DNA of 64,000 nt from Oikopleura dioica (lineage: Eukaryota; Animalia; Chordata): contig OU015566.1 of NCBI GenBank assembly GCA_907165135.1, positions 8,060,001 to 8,124,000 of the forward strand, written 5' to 3'. A program made the translations under genes and the position numbers. Of this stretch, positions 47,756 through 61,892 are shown piece by piece (position 1 is the first letter of the stretch; each line of letters opens with the position of its first letter). The notes under the pieces were generated by a model. That model saw only the letters and a list, made by a program, of their open reading frames with translations, made no database searches and had not been told where the DNA came from.

Positions 47756-50510
47756 ATGAAATTAACGCCTCTTCTTCTGGCTGCGGCTCGTGCCTCGTCC
47801 CCTTACACTCATGGCAAGACAAATGGCGATTCCGTCCACACTTTGGATGGAAGCGGACAGACCAAGGTTCCCCTTGCCCAAAACGCCGATATCTTTGGCG
47901 TCTCTACAGATATCCTCTGGTTCCAGAACAACGGTGCCATCTCCTTCGATACAACCAGCGATTCAAGCCCAGACTCGATCTCAAAGAACTTGGTCGTCGC
48001 TTCGCTTTGGGGAACCACTGGATCTGATGCCCTCAGCCCAAGCTCTGGAAAGATCTTTTACAGAAACGTTGGCTCAAGTGACCCAGCTTTTGCTGACATC
48101 AAGGTCCGGTTCTAAAATTTCAAAAATGACGGAACAGAATAGATCTTTGTTGTGTACAAAACATTTTTATGACTAGCTCGATTTGATAAGAATTGAAGTC
48201 GGCTCACGTTGAACATAAAGATAATTACGCCAAATATGCTATTTTATATCAAGATCAATTAAATCATTTCGACCATTTATGTCGGATTTTATTTGTTTAG
48301 AAGAATTTTTACACTGATTTTTATGTTTTTGTTACCTCGATTAAAAAATGACGCTTTTAGAATTGAATTTATAGGGCAATAAATTGCCTTTGATGCTCAA
48401 AGACGAAATAAATATCAATTCATTCAAACAGATAGACTCTAGTACAAAAAAAAGTTAAAATGAAATCGTGCGTGACTGATTGAAATGTCGGCTTCTTGTA
48501 TAATCAAAATTTTTAATTGAGTAGGAAGCTTTTTATGACGCGCAACATAAGCCTATTATTCACAGATGTTGTTTACAATTAGAAATCAAAATTTGAAGCT
48601 CCTTATTGTTAATTAAATCTTATTTGTTCTTATTTAATCGACTCGTCAGTGAACCGATTGAAAGAATGATATCGAAGCCTCCACTGAAGCAAATGGAGAA
48701 TCCGTCAACCTCCAGTCCGTTTTCCTCGTGACTTACAAGAACATTGCCAACCCCGCCGATTCCAGCCAGTTGAACACCTATCAAACCGTCATCGCCACTG
48801 GTCTTATTGGCTCCAGTGCCTCTACCAAGCACTTTGTGCTCCACAACTTCGCAACCATGAGCTGGACTCCTGATACAGCTAGCATTGGTGTTTTTGCCGC
48901 CAATGAAGAAGCTGAGCAGTGTCACAGCGCTCTTTCCCCTGCTTCCGGACTCGGCAACTTGGAGAATGACTCCAACCTTGGCGAAAACGGAAAGTACATC
49001 CAGGTCTACTCTCAGAACCTCGAATGTACCACACGATTCGAAACTCTTTGCCCAGTTCATCAGGAAGCGTATTGACATTTTTAAATTTCTTACTGACAAA
49101 GAGTCTTTTTGTGGAAATTTTTAACGTAAAAATATAAGATGTCAAACCGTAAATCAGGAAGGCTCCCGCGCCACCTCTTCCGGTATGCTCGCACTCAAGG
49201 GCTTCAAGGACTCCGCTGAATGGGACTTTTACGTCTCCTACGAATGTGATCCCCAGTTTGAAATCACCCCAGGAGTCGAAGTCATCTCATCGGTCTGTCG
49301 ATACGATCCCGATTACTACGATTCTCGATGGACTGCTGAAGCTCCTACTTGCACAAGTAACGATAAAATTTTCTACAGACCATTTACAAAATATTATAGA
49401 TGGCGAGACTGTCAAAACTTTTGACATCAAGATTGTCGTCGACCAAATTGGTGACTCCCCAGCTGCTGCAGCCTCTCAAGAACGAGGAGATGGAGCTGAA
49501 ATTCTCGTCCAGAGCGGTGTAAGTGAAAATAATTAGGCTCAAATTTGAACTGAGAGTTGACAAGACCATAACCATCAATTATAGCTCTCCGAACTCATCG
49601 AATACATTGGTATCGATGACTCTCAGGTCTCTGACATCAACATCCGACCCTTCAGCCCCGATGAGGAATGGAAGAACGAGCAGCGAGCCGAGGTCGACCC
49701 CACTGACTCTGTCATCGTAAGTAAAAATATTGTCTCAAAAACGAGTTCAACATCTTCAGTCGCCATTTGCGCGTTCATTCAATCCACGTGGAAATAGTAA
49801 AATTTCGGATTACTCAGAATCCGAGAACGTAAGACTAGTCCACTAGTCATTCTAGTGATCAACTAGCTTTCTTTCGTCCATAGAATTTTCTTTCAACCCT
49901 AGTATGTATTTTTTTATTTCATTCTTTTATCTCAGCTAGTGAGATAAAACAGTCTTTTTTTAATCAATTTTCTAAAAATTTTTCTAGGTCGAATTCACCA
50001 TCGAGCTCCCACTTGCTGTGAAAGACAAGGTCACTGAGGATGACATCAAGGAAAACATCAAGAACGTCGTTTCTGAGCTTGATATCATTGGCGAACTTGA
50101 CATTAACGAAGAGAACATTCAAGTTATCGGTTAGTGAACAGTCTGATTTGAAGAAGTTCGCCGTCCTTATTTACCATTAACTCTAGAAAAAACTCCTCAA
50201 TGCTTGGTCGACTGTCTTGGCTGCCGTGACAAGAAGAAGTGCGGAGACAAGCCCCCACCAATCCCATACGATGCCTGCTGCGGAGGATGCCCAGAAGGTA
50301 AGCACGAATATTCTCCTCCATGATTTCAAAATGGGTTTAGATAACCCAGCACGAGGCAAACCTTACTCAACCCTCGTCAAATCCTGCTGCGTCGACGGCT
50401 GGAACGGTGAAATTTACGACCACGACACACACGTCTGCTGCAACGGAAAGGTCATGTCGAAGGAAGACTACAACGTCTCCTTCTTTATGCGATCTCAATG
50501 CCGAGAATAG
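47756..50510 (+). CDS. Secreted extracellular protein: NIDO - sushi/CCP - SEA-like - galaxin-like Cys-pair repeats
   Basis: Signal MKLTPLLLAAARA; NIDO-like LWFQNNGAISF...VASLWG...KIFYR...LVTYKNI...NTYQTVIATG; sushi VSYECDPQFEI...SVC...WTAEAPTC; C-terminal YDACCGGC...PYSTLVKSCC...YDHDTHVCCNGKV. Phase-compatible GT-AG introns. Confidence 0.85.
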
Positions 50511-51496
50511 ACCCGATTCTCAACCCTCGAAGTTCCACGAGTGCAGTAAGTTGAATATATACTGCTCCTGGACTTCTTCCTTTATTATATTGATATACTA
50601 TCCTTTACAAGTACACCGTTTTTCTTCTCACGCATCTTGATCTCTTCAGTGTATTTGCTAAATTCAAAGCTAGCAGATCACTGTAGAGCTTTTGATCTCA
50701 CGAATGAGTTGTTCTTGGTTGGGAGCTGATTTGACCGGTGGCTGACGCGGTTACGGCACCGATTGTCGAGAGGTGTAGCATCCCTAGAATAAGCGTCACA
50801 CTACCGATCAAGGTAAAGCTTGAAAATAAACGGGACCCTCTCACGCCACCGATCGGGCGTCCGGCCGTTCAAAGTCTTCCATCTTCGTCCTTTTATCTCC
50901 TTCCGAGGTTTTAGTTGCGCGAGTTATTGACTATAGAGTTGAAGACTCAAGCGCTAGAATATCGACTCTACTCGTTGATCACTTTTTCTTTCTTTCATTG
51001 ACACTTATCTTGTTACTGTTTCTTGCTTTTTTGTACAATTCTGGGCCGCTGAAGGTCGGAAGAAGCCACTCCGATCTGACTTTGTTTTTTTTCTTTCATG
51101 CCGGTATTTATCCGAAGAAACGAAACCTTCGGTCAAATACTTTTGACTTTTAAACCTACTGAAATCCTGCTTTGTATCTCTGTAATGTAACACCGTATTT
51201 TCTGCCCTTTCTTTGGCCCGAATAAAAATTGTAAATACCCCAAAATGATTATTGTCAAACGCTTATTTATGAGTACAAATGATTATAGAAGTGTTCACTA
51301 TAGAACTCACAGCGTAGCTTTAAAAAGAAGTCTTTTGAATTGGGTACAGAGAATAAACTCTTTCTAAAATCAGTTTAGCAGCTGTAGAAAGCTCACATCT
51401 CGGGTCTTCATCAATAAGATGTTGCATTGACTCGTTTATTCTAGCCCTTTTGAAATTCATGCAGAACTAGATGAATTTCATTTCAATTATTTGATA

Positions 51497-53240
51497 TCAT
51501 TTTACCAGTTTATGTCCAGGATTCGATTTAGGATTCGTCATTTGCGCAAATCTCCAGATAAAAAATCTTTTTGATGCATGTACACCTTCTTCGAGAATTT
51601 TTCCCATGAGATCAAAATCCGAGTAAGCAAAGCCAGGATCCCAATCATTTGGTAAAAACTCGATGTAATCGTTGATTTTTTTCTCAAGTTCGATTTTTGT
51701 GTATTTCTTTGGAAGATGAAGCCCATTTTCCAAAAACATTATCATTACTTCTAACTTGAGCGTCAACGTCTTCATTTTCTCTTCGTCATTTTTGCTCTCC
51801 GTGATCTTTTCTTCGTCGATAGAAATTATCGAGTCTAGCAGGGTTGAAATTATATCTGAGAGTAACTACTTTTGGGAATGAAAGTTAGTATTACCGCGAT
51901 TATGAAAATATTTGCAGGTCTCTTTTTCAGAAAAAAGATTGTAAACTAGAACCCAAAATGAAAAGTTCTCCAGTAATTTGCCATTGTCGACCGTGACGAG
52001 AAAATCAAGAACTTTGTTTTCAAAGAGCCCCTTTCGATCTTTCCACGCCGTTGAAATCTTGTTGAAGGCGATCAAATGTGAGATGATATCAATGAAGATT
52101 GGCAATAAATGTGGGTCTTCCAGCTCATCTCTCATAAGAACACTCACGGCATCAATGATTTTCATGTCAGCGGGGATTTGGCAGCGTAAATTGTCATTCA
52201 TCAATAACTGGCGGATCAGAAGACATGCTCGCTGACGAAAAAATAGTCTCACGGGTCGGCTTTCTTTGGTATTTTCCACTATCTTCAAATAGGTTGGCAT
52301 TTCTTTTTTACTCTCAAATTCGCCTATTTACAACCTTTCCGAAAATAAAGCTCTGATAATTTTCAGTTTCACTGGAATACCAAAACGCTCGAAGTCAGAG
52401 TTTCTGATAATTTTTATAACATTCATTATATGGCCGAGGACCTCGGCCGCCGAGGTAGTAGCCCCATTTTCCCAAGAACGATTCGGTCACAAGCTCAACG
52501 AGCACAGTTGATTTTTCGAAAGGAAGTCGACCATTTGATGCAGCGTAATATAAACAAGTCGACGAATGGTACGCGATGTCAATATTAATCTTATGAAATT
52601 TCTTGTATAATTTCAGGACTGATTCGTAGTAACTTTTTTAAGATCAAAAATGCACTATTTTCTTAAGAAAACTTTTCAATTTCTATTTTGATCTTTTTCA
52701 TAGCGGATTTAGGTGAAGCTTTATTTTTTCTGATAAGTTTTCAAGATGGTTTAGCACGATGCTCTCATGCAAATTCGCCACGAATGTTTCCAGAAGGGTG
52801 CCGCTCCCAAAATCTCCATTCGGTTCTGCGGCGAGAGATTTAAGATCGGACTCGAGCTGTTCTTTTTCGTAGGACAAGCGCAATAATGTTTTATGAAGTC
52901 ACTGTATTTTATGCCCTCTAAGTCGCATTCGTCACATTTGATGTCCAGATCTTTAGTTTTGTCAAGCCAGGGGGCCGGAGGTAATGACAGATCAGAGACA
53001 TTATCGTGACCCAAGTCAGCCTTGAAAATTTTAGAAAATATTATCGCTACTTTTGCATACACGGCAATGAGGGCAGGCCCTATTTGTCTCGTCGACGGTA
53101 ACTCTCAAACAGGTCAAACAAAAGACTTTCGGGCATTTTGGGCATCCTCGGGCATCAACAGCTATTTCAAGGCAAATAAGACAGTACAAATCGCCATCAA
53201 TGGTTTCTTTCGATTTTACGTTGTCTTCGGAAATTCCCAT
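51497..53240 (-). CDS. N-terminal RING + TRAF-like zinc finger + helical-repeat-like protein; reading frame disrupted (errors or pseudogene)
   Basis: CLICLEIAVDARGCPKCPKVFCLTCLRVTVDETNRACPHCR, then IKCDEC...IKHYCAC, then helical ORF pieces 52698-52883, 51866-52300 and 51497-51775. Frame discontinuities at ~52872 and within 52300-52700. Confidence 0.6.
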
Positions 53241-53638
53241 TCTCTTTTTGAGTACGAATGAGAAGGCCAAACGAGAGCGGAATGTAAATATATTTATTCT
53301 GCTGATATGAATCGACACTATTAACTATTCTCTATCTTTCACACTTCCTTATCCTACAGTAGGAATAAATTTAAAACTGTTACGCTTTCTGATCAAAAAT
53401 TTCTTTTGAAATATCGAAAACTTTTTCCGAAATCATGGAAGAGTTTCAGATCCTTCTTTAGTCAATTGTATGTGAATATTATTTTATTTGTGATACAGAA
53501 GATATGCAGGAGGATTAATTTGCATTAATCAGGTAACATCGGGATTTGATATGTATGGAACAGAGTGAAAGAAAGTTAATGAAGAAAAAATATGGGTTTC
53601 AGAAGTTATGAAGAAATAAGTGAAGAATTGGCGGCGTT

Positions 53639-56600
53639 TTATAAACTTTGAGAGAATCGTTTCTCCATTGAGATTTTGGTTTGGTCAAAAGCTTTTTTGA
53701 CAGAATTGGCAGGAAATATTGATTCTAAGATATCGTAAGTTTGAGGGTCTTGAAGATCATTTTTACCAAGAATGACCTCCATCAGGTTCCAAATAATTCG
53801 TTTGTTGAGCTCTTGATGCTGAATGAGCTGCCAAAATCTGGCGATGCCTCCACGACAGGTCTCATTTCCGAGCATGTGTCTGAGACTTTCAGGAAATGCA
53901 GTGAGAAGACGAATGCGAGCGAGGAAGCCGGTGATCACAATGTCGGATGAGGAACGTCTTGGTTTGGTTTTAGCGGGTTGATCCTAAAATGGTTCGATTG
54001 ATTTCGAGATAAGGAGTATAAAACTCGATTGCTGCAATTTTCATTAAGTCAAAACTTCTAATATGATTATAAAATGCGAACTATTTACTCTGAATCTTGT
54101 ATAAATTCAATACGTTGAAGACCTTTACCTGTGGAAATAAAGCAATTTTGACCTTCTCGATATATCCCGCAACAGCGCTGTCTTCCGTATAGTCCTCAAT
54201 AAACTCCCTAATTTTGACATTCATCTTCCCAGCAAAGAAAGTCGTTTCAAGGGCGGCGGTGAAAAGTTGCATAAATTGGCGTCGGAACCATTTTCCACGG
54301 GCGCCGAGGTCGAAAATCTCATCGAGAATATTTCGAAAACAGAGTAGCCACTTTTCTTCTTGGTTGTCATCCCTTAACGAGAATTTTAAAACAGGTTGAA
54401 GACATGAAGTTTACCTTGAGCCAGACGAGGCGGAAGAAGTCATTCCTGATGGGGTCATTTTCTGTTTGACTTGTTCTGCAGACGTCTTCAGTGATGCTTA
54501 GGAAAAGTTTAATGTAATCTCTCCATTCGAATCTTACCCAGAAGATTTCCAGGTGCATCAGCCATGACTTTCGATGCGTTTTTCAGAGGACTGACTAATG
54601 AATCCATCCGTTTTTGAATCTGCTTCTTCTTGTTTAGGTAAACGTCGTTGACTAGGAATTCTTCAAGGATTGGAAAGAGATAGCGGTTAGTATGAGCAGA
54701 GGTTACGAAGCGCTGGAGATAATTGTCCAAGGAAAGCATCCGATCTTCGAGAAACTTCGTCTCGAGTTCCCTTTAATGAAGGTACAGTAAAGATCGGTAA
54801 ATCTCCTAATAAGGTTATCAAATCTTGGACGAATAAACAAAAACACGGATGATTGAACAAAGGGCAGTAAAATGAAGCAATAAAATTGGATTTTTGTTAT
54901 AAATACGGAAACACCTCTCCACTTCGCAATCATAGAGTAAAATGAAAGCTGAAATATAGCTTGTTGTTAGACGCCCTCCAAATGGTCAAATTTTCGTCAA
55001 AGTTGTCCAACATTATGTTAAATAATAAATTCTGTATCTTTTCCTGAAAAGAGTCTTATTTGGAAGTTGCAGGTTCATCTTTTTATAATCCGCATCAGGA
55101 AGCATTTCCCGCAGCCTCAAATCAAGATCATGAAAATCCGAAAATCTTCTGAAGATCGAGTAGCTCTCGGAATCATCGGTTCCTGCAAGCCTCGTGACGC
55201 TAATCTGAAAGGCCGCATGCGATGAGCCGGACTCCTTTGTGATATTCACATCTATCAATTGAGCTGAAATTCTTGTCGTTTCTTCCCGCAGCGATGGTTC
55301 TTCTGATGACAGTCCAACGAGGTCCAGATCTCTCAGGAGCTCGAGGTAGTTTTCTGACTTCCGGAAGCCTGGATACATCATCACATCTGTAGTCATCACA
55401 TGGAGACATTTATGCTGTAGCTCATCGAACAATGTCGATTTTATGGAAATATTGTCTTGAGAAAGCTCGTGCTTCAGTTTGTTTACCAGCGCTTCATCTA
55501 AATCAAGTCTTTTTCTAGCAGAGGAATGAAGATATTCGTCGTAAATGGAACATGCAATCGTGCGAAGAGTGTCGGTTTGAATATTATACTGCGTTTTTGT
55601 CCTGAAGATACCCGAAAACCGACCGGAGCTGATTGAATTAGCGCGGTTTGGACGATCGATCTTCAGTTTCTCTGCGCTTGTTCTGAAATTTTCGACATGC
55701 AGCCAGAAAAGCAGGTACTGTTCCAACTGCATCGTTTTTAGATACTCTCGGAACTTGTCCAGCGCGAGCTTATTTTCTAGCGCTACATCTATGCTCAGAT
55801 CATAGAGATTATCAGTCTTCGTTTCGTTGTTTTCGTTCGTTGCGAATCTGCCTCCTTTCTTGATCTTCTTGCAGCTTTCCGAGACGATCTTGAGAAGCTC
55901 TTCAAGAAGAATCAGCTCTTGATGCTCAATCGACTCCGGTCCGCAAGTATCGTTTGATCGAAGTTGCGCACACTCGCTTTCCATCGCATCTAGAATCCCT
56001 TCTAGCTCGCCCAAAGACCTTGAATCTTTCGCAGCGTGGATCAAATTGACCGTTGCATCTTCAGTATCCTTCGCAGCATTTTCCAACAGCCAGCAAACCA
56101 TTTGGTTAATATAATCAGGGCTGGAAATTGTCTCAACGAGAGGAAGAATAACGCCGTTGATGAGAATTTCAGTAACGAGAAGAACAATCGGGCGACTTTT
56201 GAGCTCCTCTTCGGGTAAGACGAGATAGAGGATGATTTCAGCGAAGTTTTTGGCCATCAAACGCTCTTGATCTTTATCCGTCACGATCCTTTCGTATGAA
56301 GTACCTGAAGTTGATTTTAGATTTTGATAAAAAATAGAATTTGGGACAGGCTAATGTTACTGCTCTTTAGCTCCAGTATTTGATTTAAATACGAATCTGA
56401 AAATTCACCCCATAACAAAGTTAACCGCATGGGACAGAAGGTGCATTCCACTGTCATTTAAGACTTTGAAGGTCAATATCTCAAAGACTACAAATCCAAT
56501 TGAGCTAAAAGTTAAAATAGGATTTCCTGCGCCATTTGTCGACCTAAATTCTGAAATTCGAGAAATTATCGCTCACCAGCTGAGCTCTACACCGGATTAA

Positions 56601-57941
56601 GTACAGCGCTTTATCCCTCCCGCCGAGTGTTTACACAGGGGAACCGAATCAAATGTAGGATTTTTGTGATTTCAAAGGGTTTTTATATGTTTTCGATCAC
56701 GAAGATTTCGAATATAAGCTTAACTTTGCTTAAAAAGCATCGAAAAAAAATTTTTTTTGGAATCAGGCCTTGACTAATTTCTATTTTTTATCAATAATAA
56801 AATTTTCTACGCTATTTTTGCCAACAGATTTGAAATCTACGGCCCAGAATTAGTATTGACTGAAATTTTCAAGTCGATCCGACCAGTAGTTTTCTTCACC
56901 CTAACACCGAAATTTCATCAACTTCCGGCTCTAGAATCGCTACCGGAAGTGATTTTTGAGCATCGGTTATGGTCAAGTTTCTAGATTTTTCCTACTGATT
57001 CAAAATATATATGGTGTTCCGGGCCTAAAAAGAAATTAGTGGGAGATTTAAATACCCCAACCTTAAAAAAAGCGCGTCAATGCACCTTTTGTCCCAGCGC
57101 CTCTATTCCCCGATCTGGCCCATGCGGTTAAAATGCGACAAGAAAATCGTTTACGTCCCAAAATAAATGATGATGAACCATTCTTAGTTTTAAATTCCAA
57201 CTTGAAATCAAAATAAATTGTCAGCCTTCTGAATAAAAATTCCCTTCGACTTTCAAAATTACCTATAATATGCAGTTCTTCTTCAAAAAATAGCTCAATC
57301 GTCGATCGTTCCAATCTTTCCGACTCCGTAGATTTTGCCGAGAAAACAGAGAAAATCGAGGAGTCATCATTCTCGCAGTACATATCTTCTTTGCTCTTCA
57401 CCATTCTCCAGATTCTACAATGATCGGCAACGCAAGCCCCGGCATCGTCAAATAGCAATTTTTGAATGTCTACTTTTTGGACTTGACGGCAGATCTTCTT
57501 TATCATGAAGCATATGATGTGTCTGATCTTTCGGGGACCTGGTCGTTATCGGATAAGTTATTGAACCATGTGGATAAGTAAATTTCTTCAATGACATCGA
57601 GTAGTTTGTGAAGAGCCGCATCGGTTTGAAGATTCCCGGAGAGTTCATACGGAATTTCGGAGGATAAAGAGGTTGGTCGTTTTTTCGGTCTAGTTCGCTG
57701 ATCGTCGACTGTTTGTGAATCTCGCCTTGAGGAACTCTTGGAGACATTATTTACGTGCTGCTCGTAGCCCCAGTAGAGCGTGCCGACGACGCACGCAACG
57801 ATCAAAATCGACAACCGAAGAAAAAGCCAGGGGCGAACAATGAAAACGGCTAAAAACGGAGATGATCCAGGAGTACTTATTGAAAAAAATACCGAGTGCA
57901 ACAACGGCAACGGACAGGATAAGCGTCCAGTTGACCTTCAT
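53639..57941 (-). CDS. SNX13: Sorting nexin 13-like (TM-TM-PXA-RGS-PX-PXC)
   Basis: PXA (LSGNLQTDAALHKLLDVIEEIYLSTWFNNLSDND), RGS (ALDKFREYL...YLLFWLHVENFR), PX (IFRRFSDFHDLDLRL...LPNKTLF) and C-terminal LTAFPESLRHMLGNETCRGGIARFWQLIQHQELNKR. Frame shift needed in the first exon. Confidence 0.88.
56425..57127. mobile_element. Non-autonomous piggyBac-like MITE, 703 bp, inside an SNX13 intron
   Basis: TTAA(56421-56424)+CCGCATGGG ... CCCATGCGG+TTAA(57128-57131). Subterminal inverted repeat GGGACAGAAGGTGCATT (56431-56447) vs AATGCACCTTTTGTCCC (57079-57095), 16/17 match. Confidence 0.9.
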
Positions 57942-58572
57942 AACCGTAGAACGCGGTGGCAAGGTTTCTCTACGACCATCGCATCTTAACAAATATAACT
58001 GCGCAGAAATCGATCTGAGCGATTGCAATAATGACGCGTACAGAGAGGGTTGTTATCGATTTGTCCATATGTGGACTGTTTTGGGAATCCAGTTGGACTG
58101 CGTTTCTATGCTTGACTTCCTGCGTGAATTAATCTGCTAATGGAATGGGAAGAGACAAGCTTTTGTAACTGTTATTTTATGTTTTTATTTCGTTTGTTTT
58201 TCGTTGAGTGCCATCACACTCGGGCAGACTTTTTGAGCAAGGTTTATGAAGACGTCTTGTGGAGGGGTTCTGTGTGAATGGGTTCTCTCAGTTTCTACCA
58301 GATGCTTTCTTGCGCCCCTTGGACAATCAAGAGGCTCTTGCAAGAGACATTCGGAGAGTTGTATTAACATAAAATTGAGCAGGCGCTAATGAGGCTCAAA
58401 AACCATCGGATAAATAATAAGGGGAGGGAGTCATTGAAAGAAAAGAGGGTGCACCGTGGTCATTTGAGCCTTCTTAGCGCCGTTACAAGTGGGGAATTAC
58501 AGGAATTGAGATTAATTATGTTTATGAATTTAACTAGACATAGATTTGATCATTAATTGATCACAGATTCAC

Positions 58573-61054
<2,482 letters not shown>

Positions 61055-61221
61055 TTAATAAATATACGTTGAAAAAGGGTTAAAATAAATATTTGGCGTT
61101 GCTTTCGCTAGAATTTCTCAAGGGAGAGTTCTGAAGGTGAAACAGAAAAGGAGATCAGCAAGGAAGAAAGAAGATTTCTCGAAAAGACGTAATTTCTGTG
61201 ATGTTAGGAAAGCGCAATTTG

Positions 61222-61226
61222 ATTGG
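61222..61226 (-). promoter_or_regulatory. CCAAT box upstream of HSPA9
   Basis: ATTGG on + (CCAAT on -), ~175 nt upstream of the ATG. Confidence 0.45.
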
Positions 61227-61270
61227 ACGCTGAGCCTCCGCCGCGACGAATGAAAGCTTTCACCACTTCT

Positions 61271-61290
61271 CTTCGAGAAAATTCCAGAAC
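61271..61290. promoter_or_regulatory. Perfect four-unit heat-shock element
   Basis: cTTCg aGAAa aTTCc aGAAc gives four alternating nGAAn pentamers, ~225 nt upstream of the HSPA9 ATG. A two-unit site tTTCt cGAAa lies at 61175-61184. Confidence 0.8.
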
Positions 61291-61892
61291 AAAGCCTGTA
61301 ATCTCTCGTCGAAATTGAAAGTTCGGTCGAAACTAGAAACAACTCGTTTAGGATGTTTTCCATACAGCTCTTTGATGTGTAGCTGTTTCAAACAATGTAA
61401 TTCTTACGAGTCGTAAGTCACGACTGTCGTGTTCTGGACAAAGCAGATTTAGGCGGTTACGAGGTAGATAGGGTAATGATAAGAGTAATAGGGCAGATAA
61501 TTGTACCATCTTGGGGTTAAGATTTTCCGCAGATAAGCGCTCTTCTTTACTATAAAAAGAGGACCCTCAGCGACTCGAGTAGATACTGTCTCTAAAATGA
61601 GTCTGATGGTACTGGTGTTTCCATTTGTATTTCGAATTCAATAAAATTAATTCTTTATAAAAATCTCTCTGTTTACCTAATAAGATTCCACGAGTAGCAT
61701 CACCGCGACAGTGATTTTAAACAATTTAACAAGCATGCAAAATCGCTCTCTATCGCAAGCCCTCATCTCAGTTGAAGTCTCTCTTTTTCAAAAATAAAGA
61801 GTCCAGCAATGTCTCATCCTCTTTTTTACTTCAGAAAAAGTGAGAGAAAAATACTCGAAATCGTCCTCAAATCGTTGAAACTTGAATAGAAG

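Noticed and set aside
58185-58290. CDGSH iron-sulfur-like motif (CSKSLPECDGTQ)
   Set aside because: Lacks the first Cys and the His ligand, and has no supporting gene structure.
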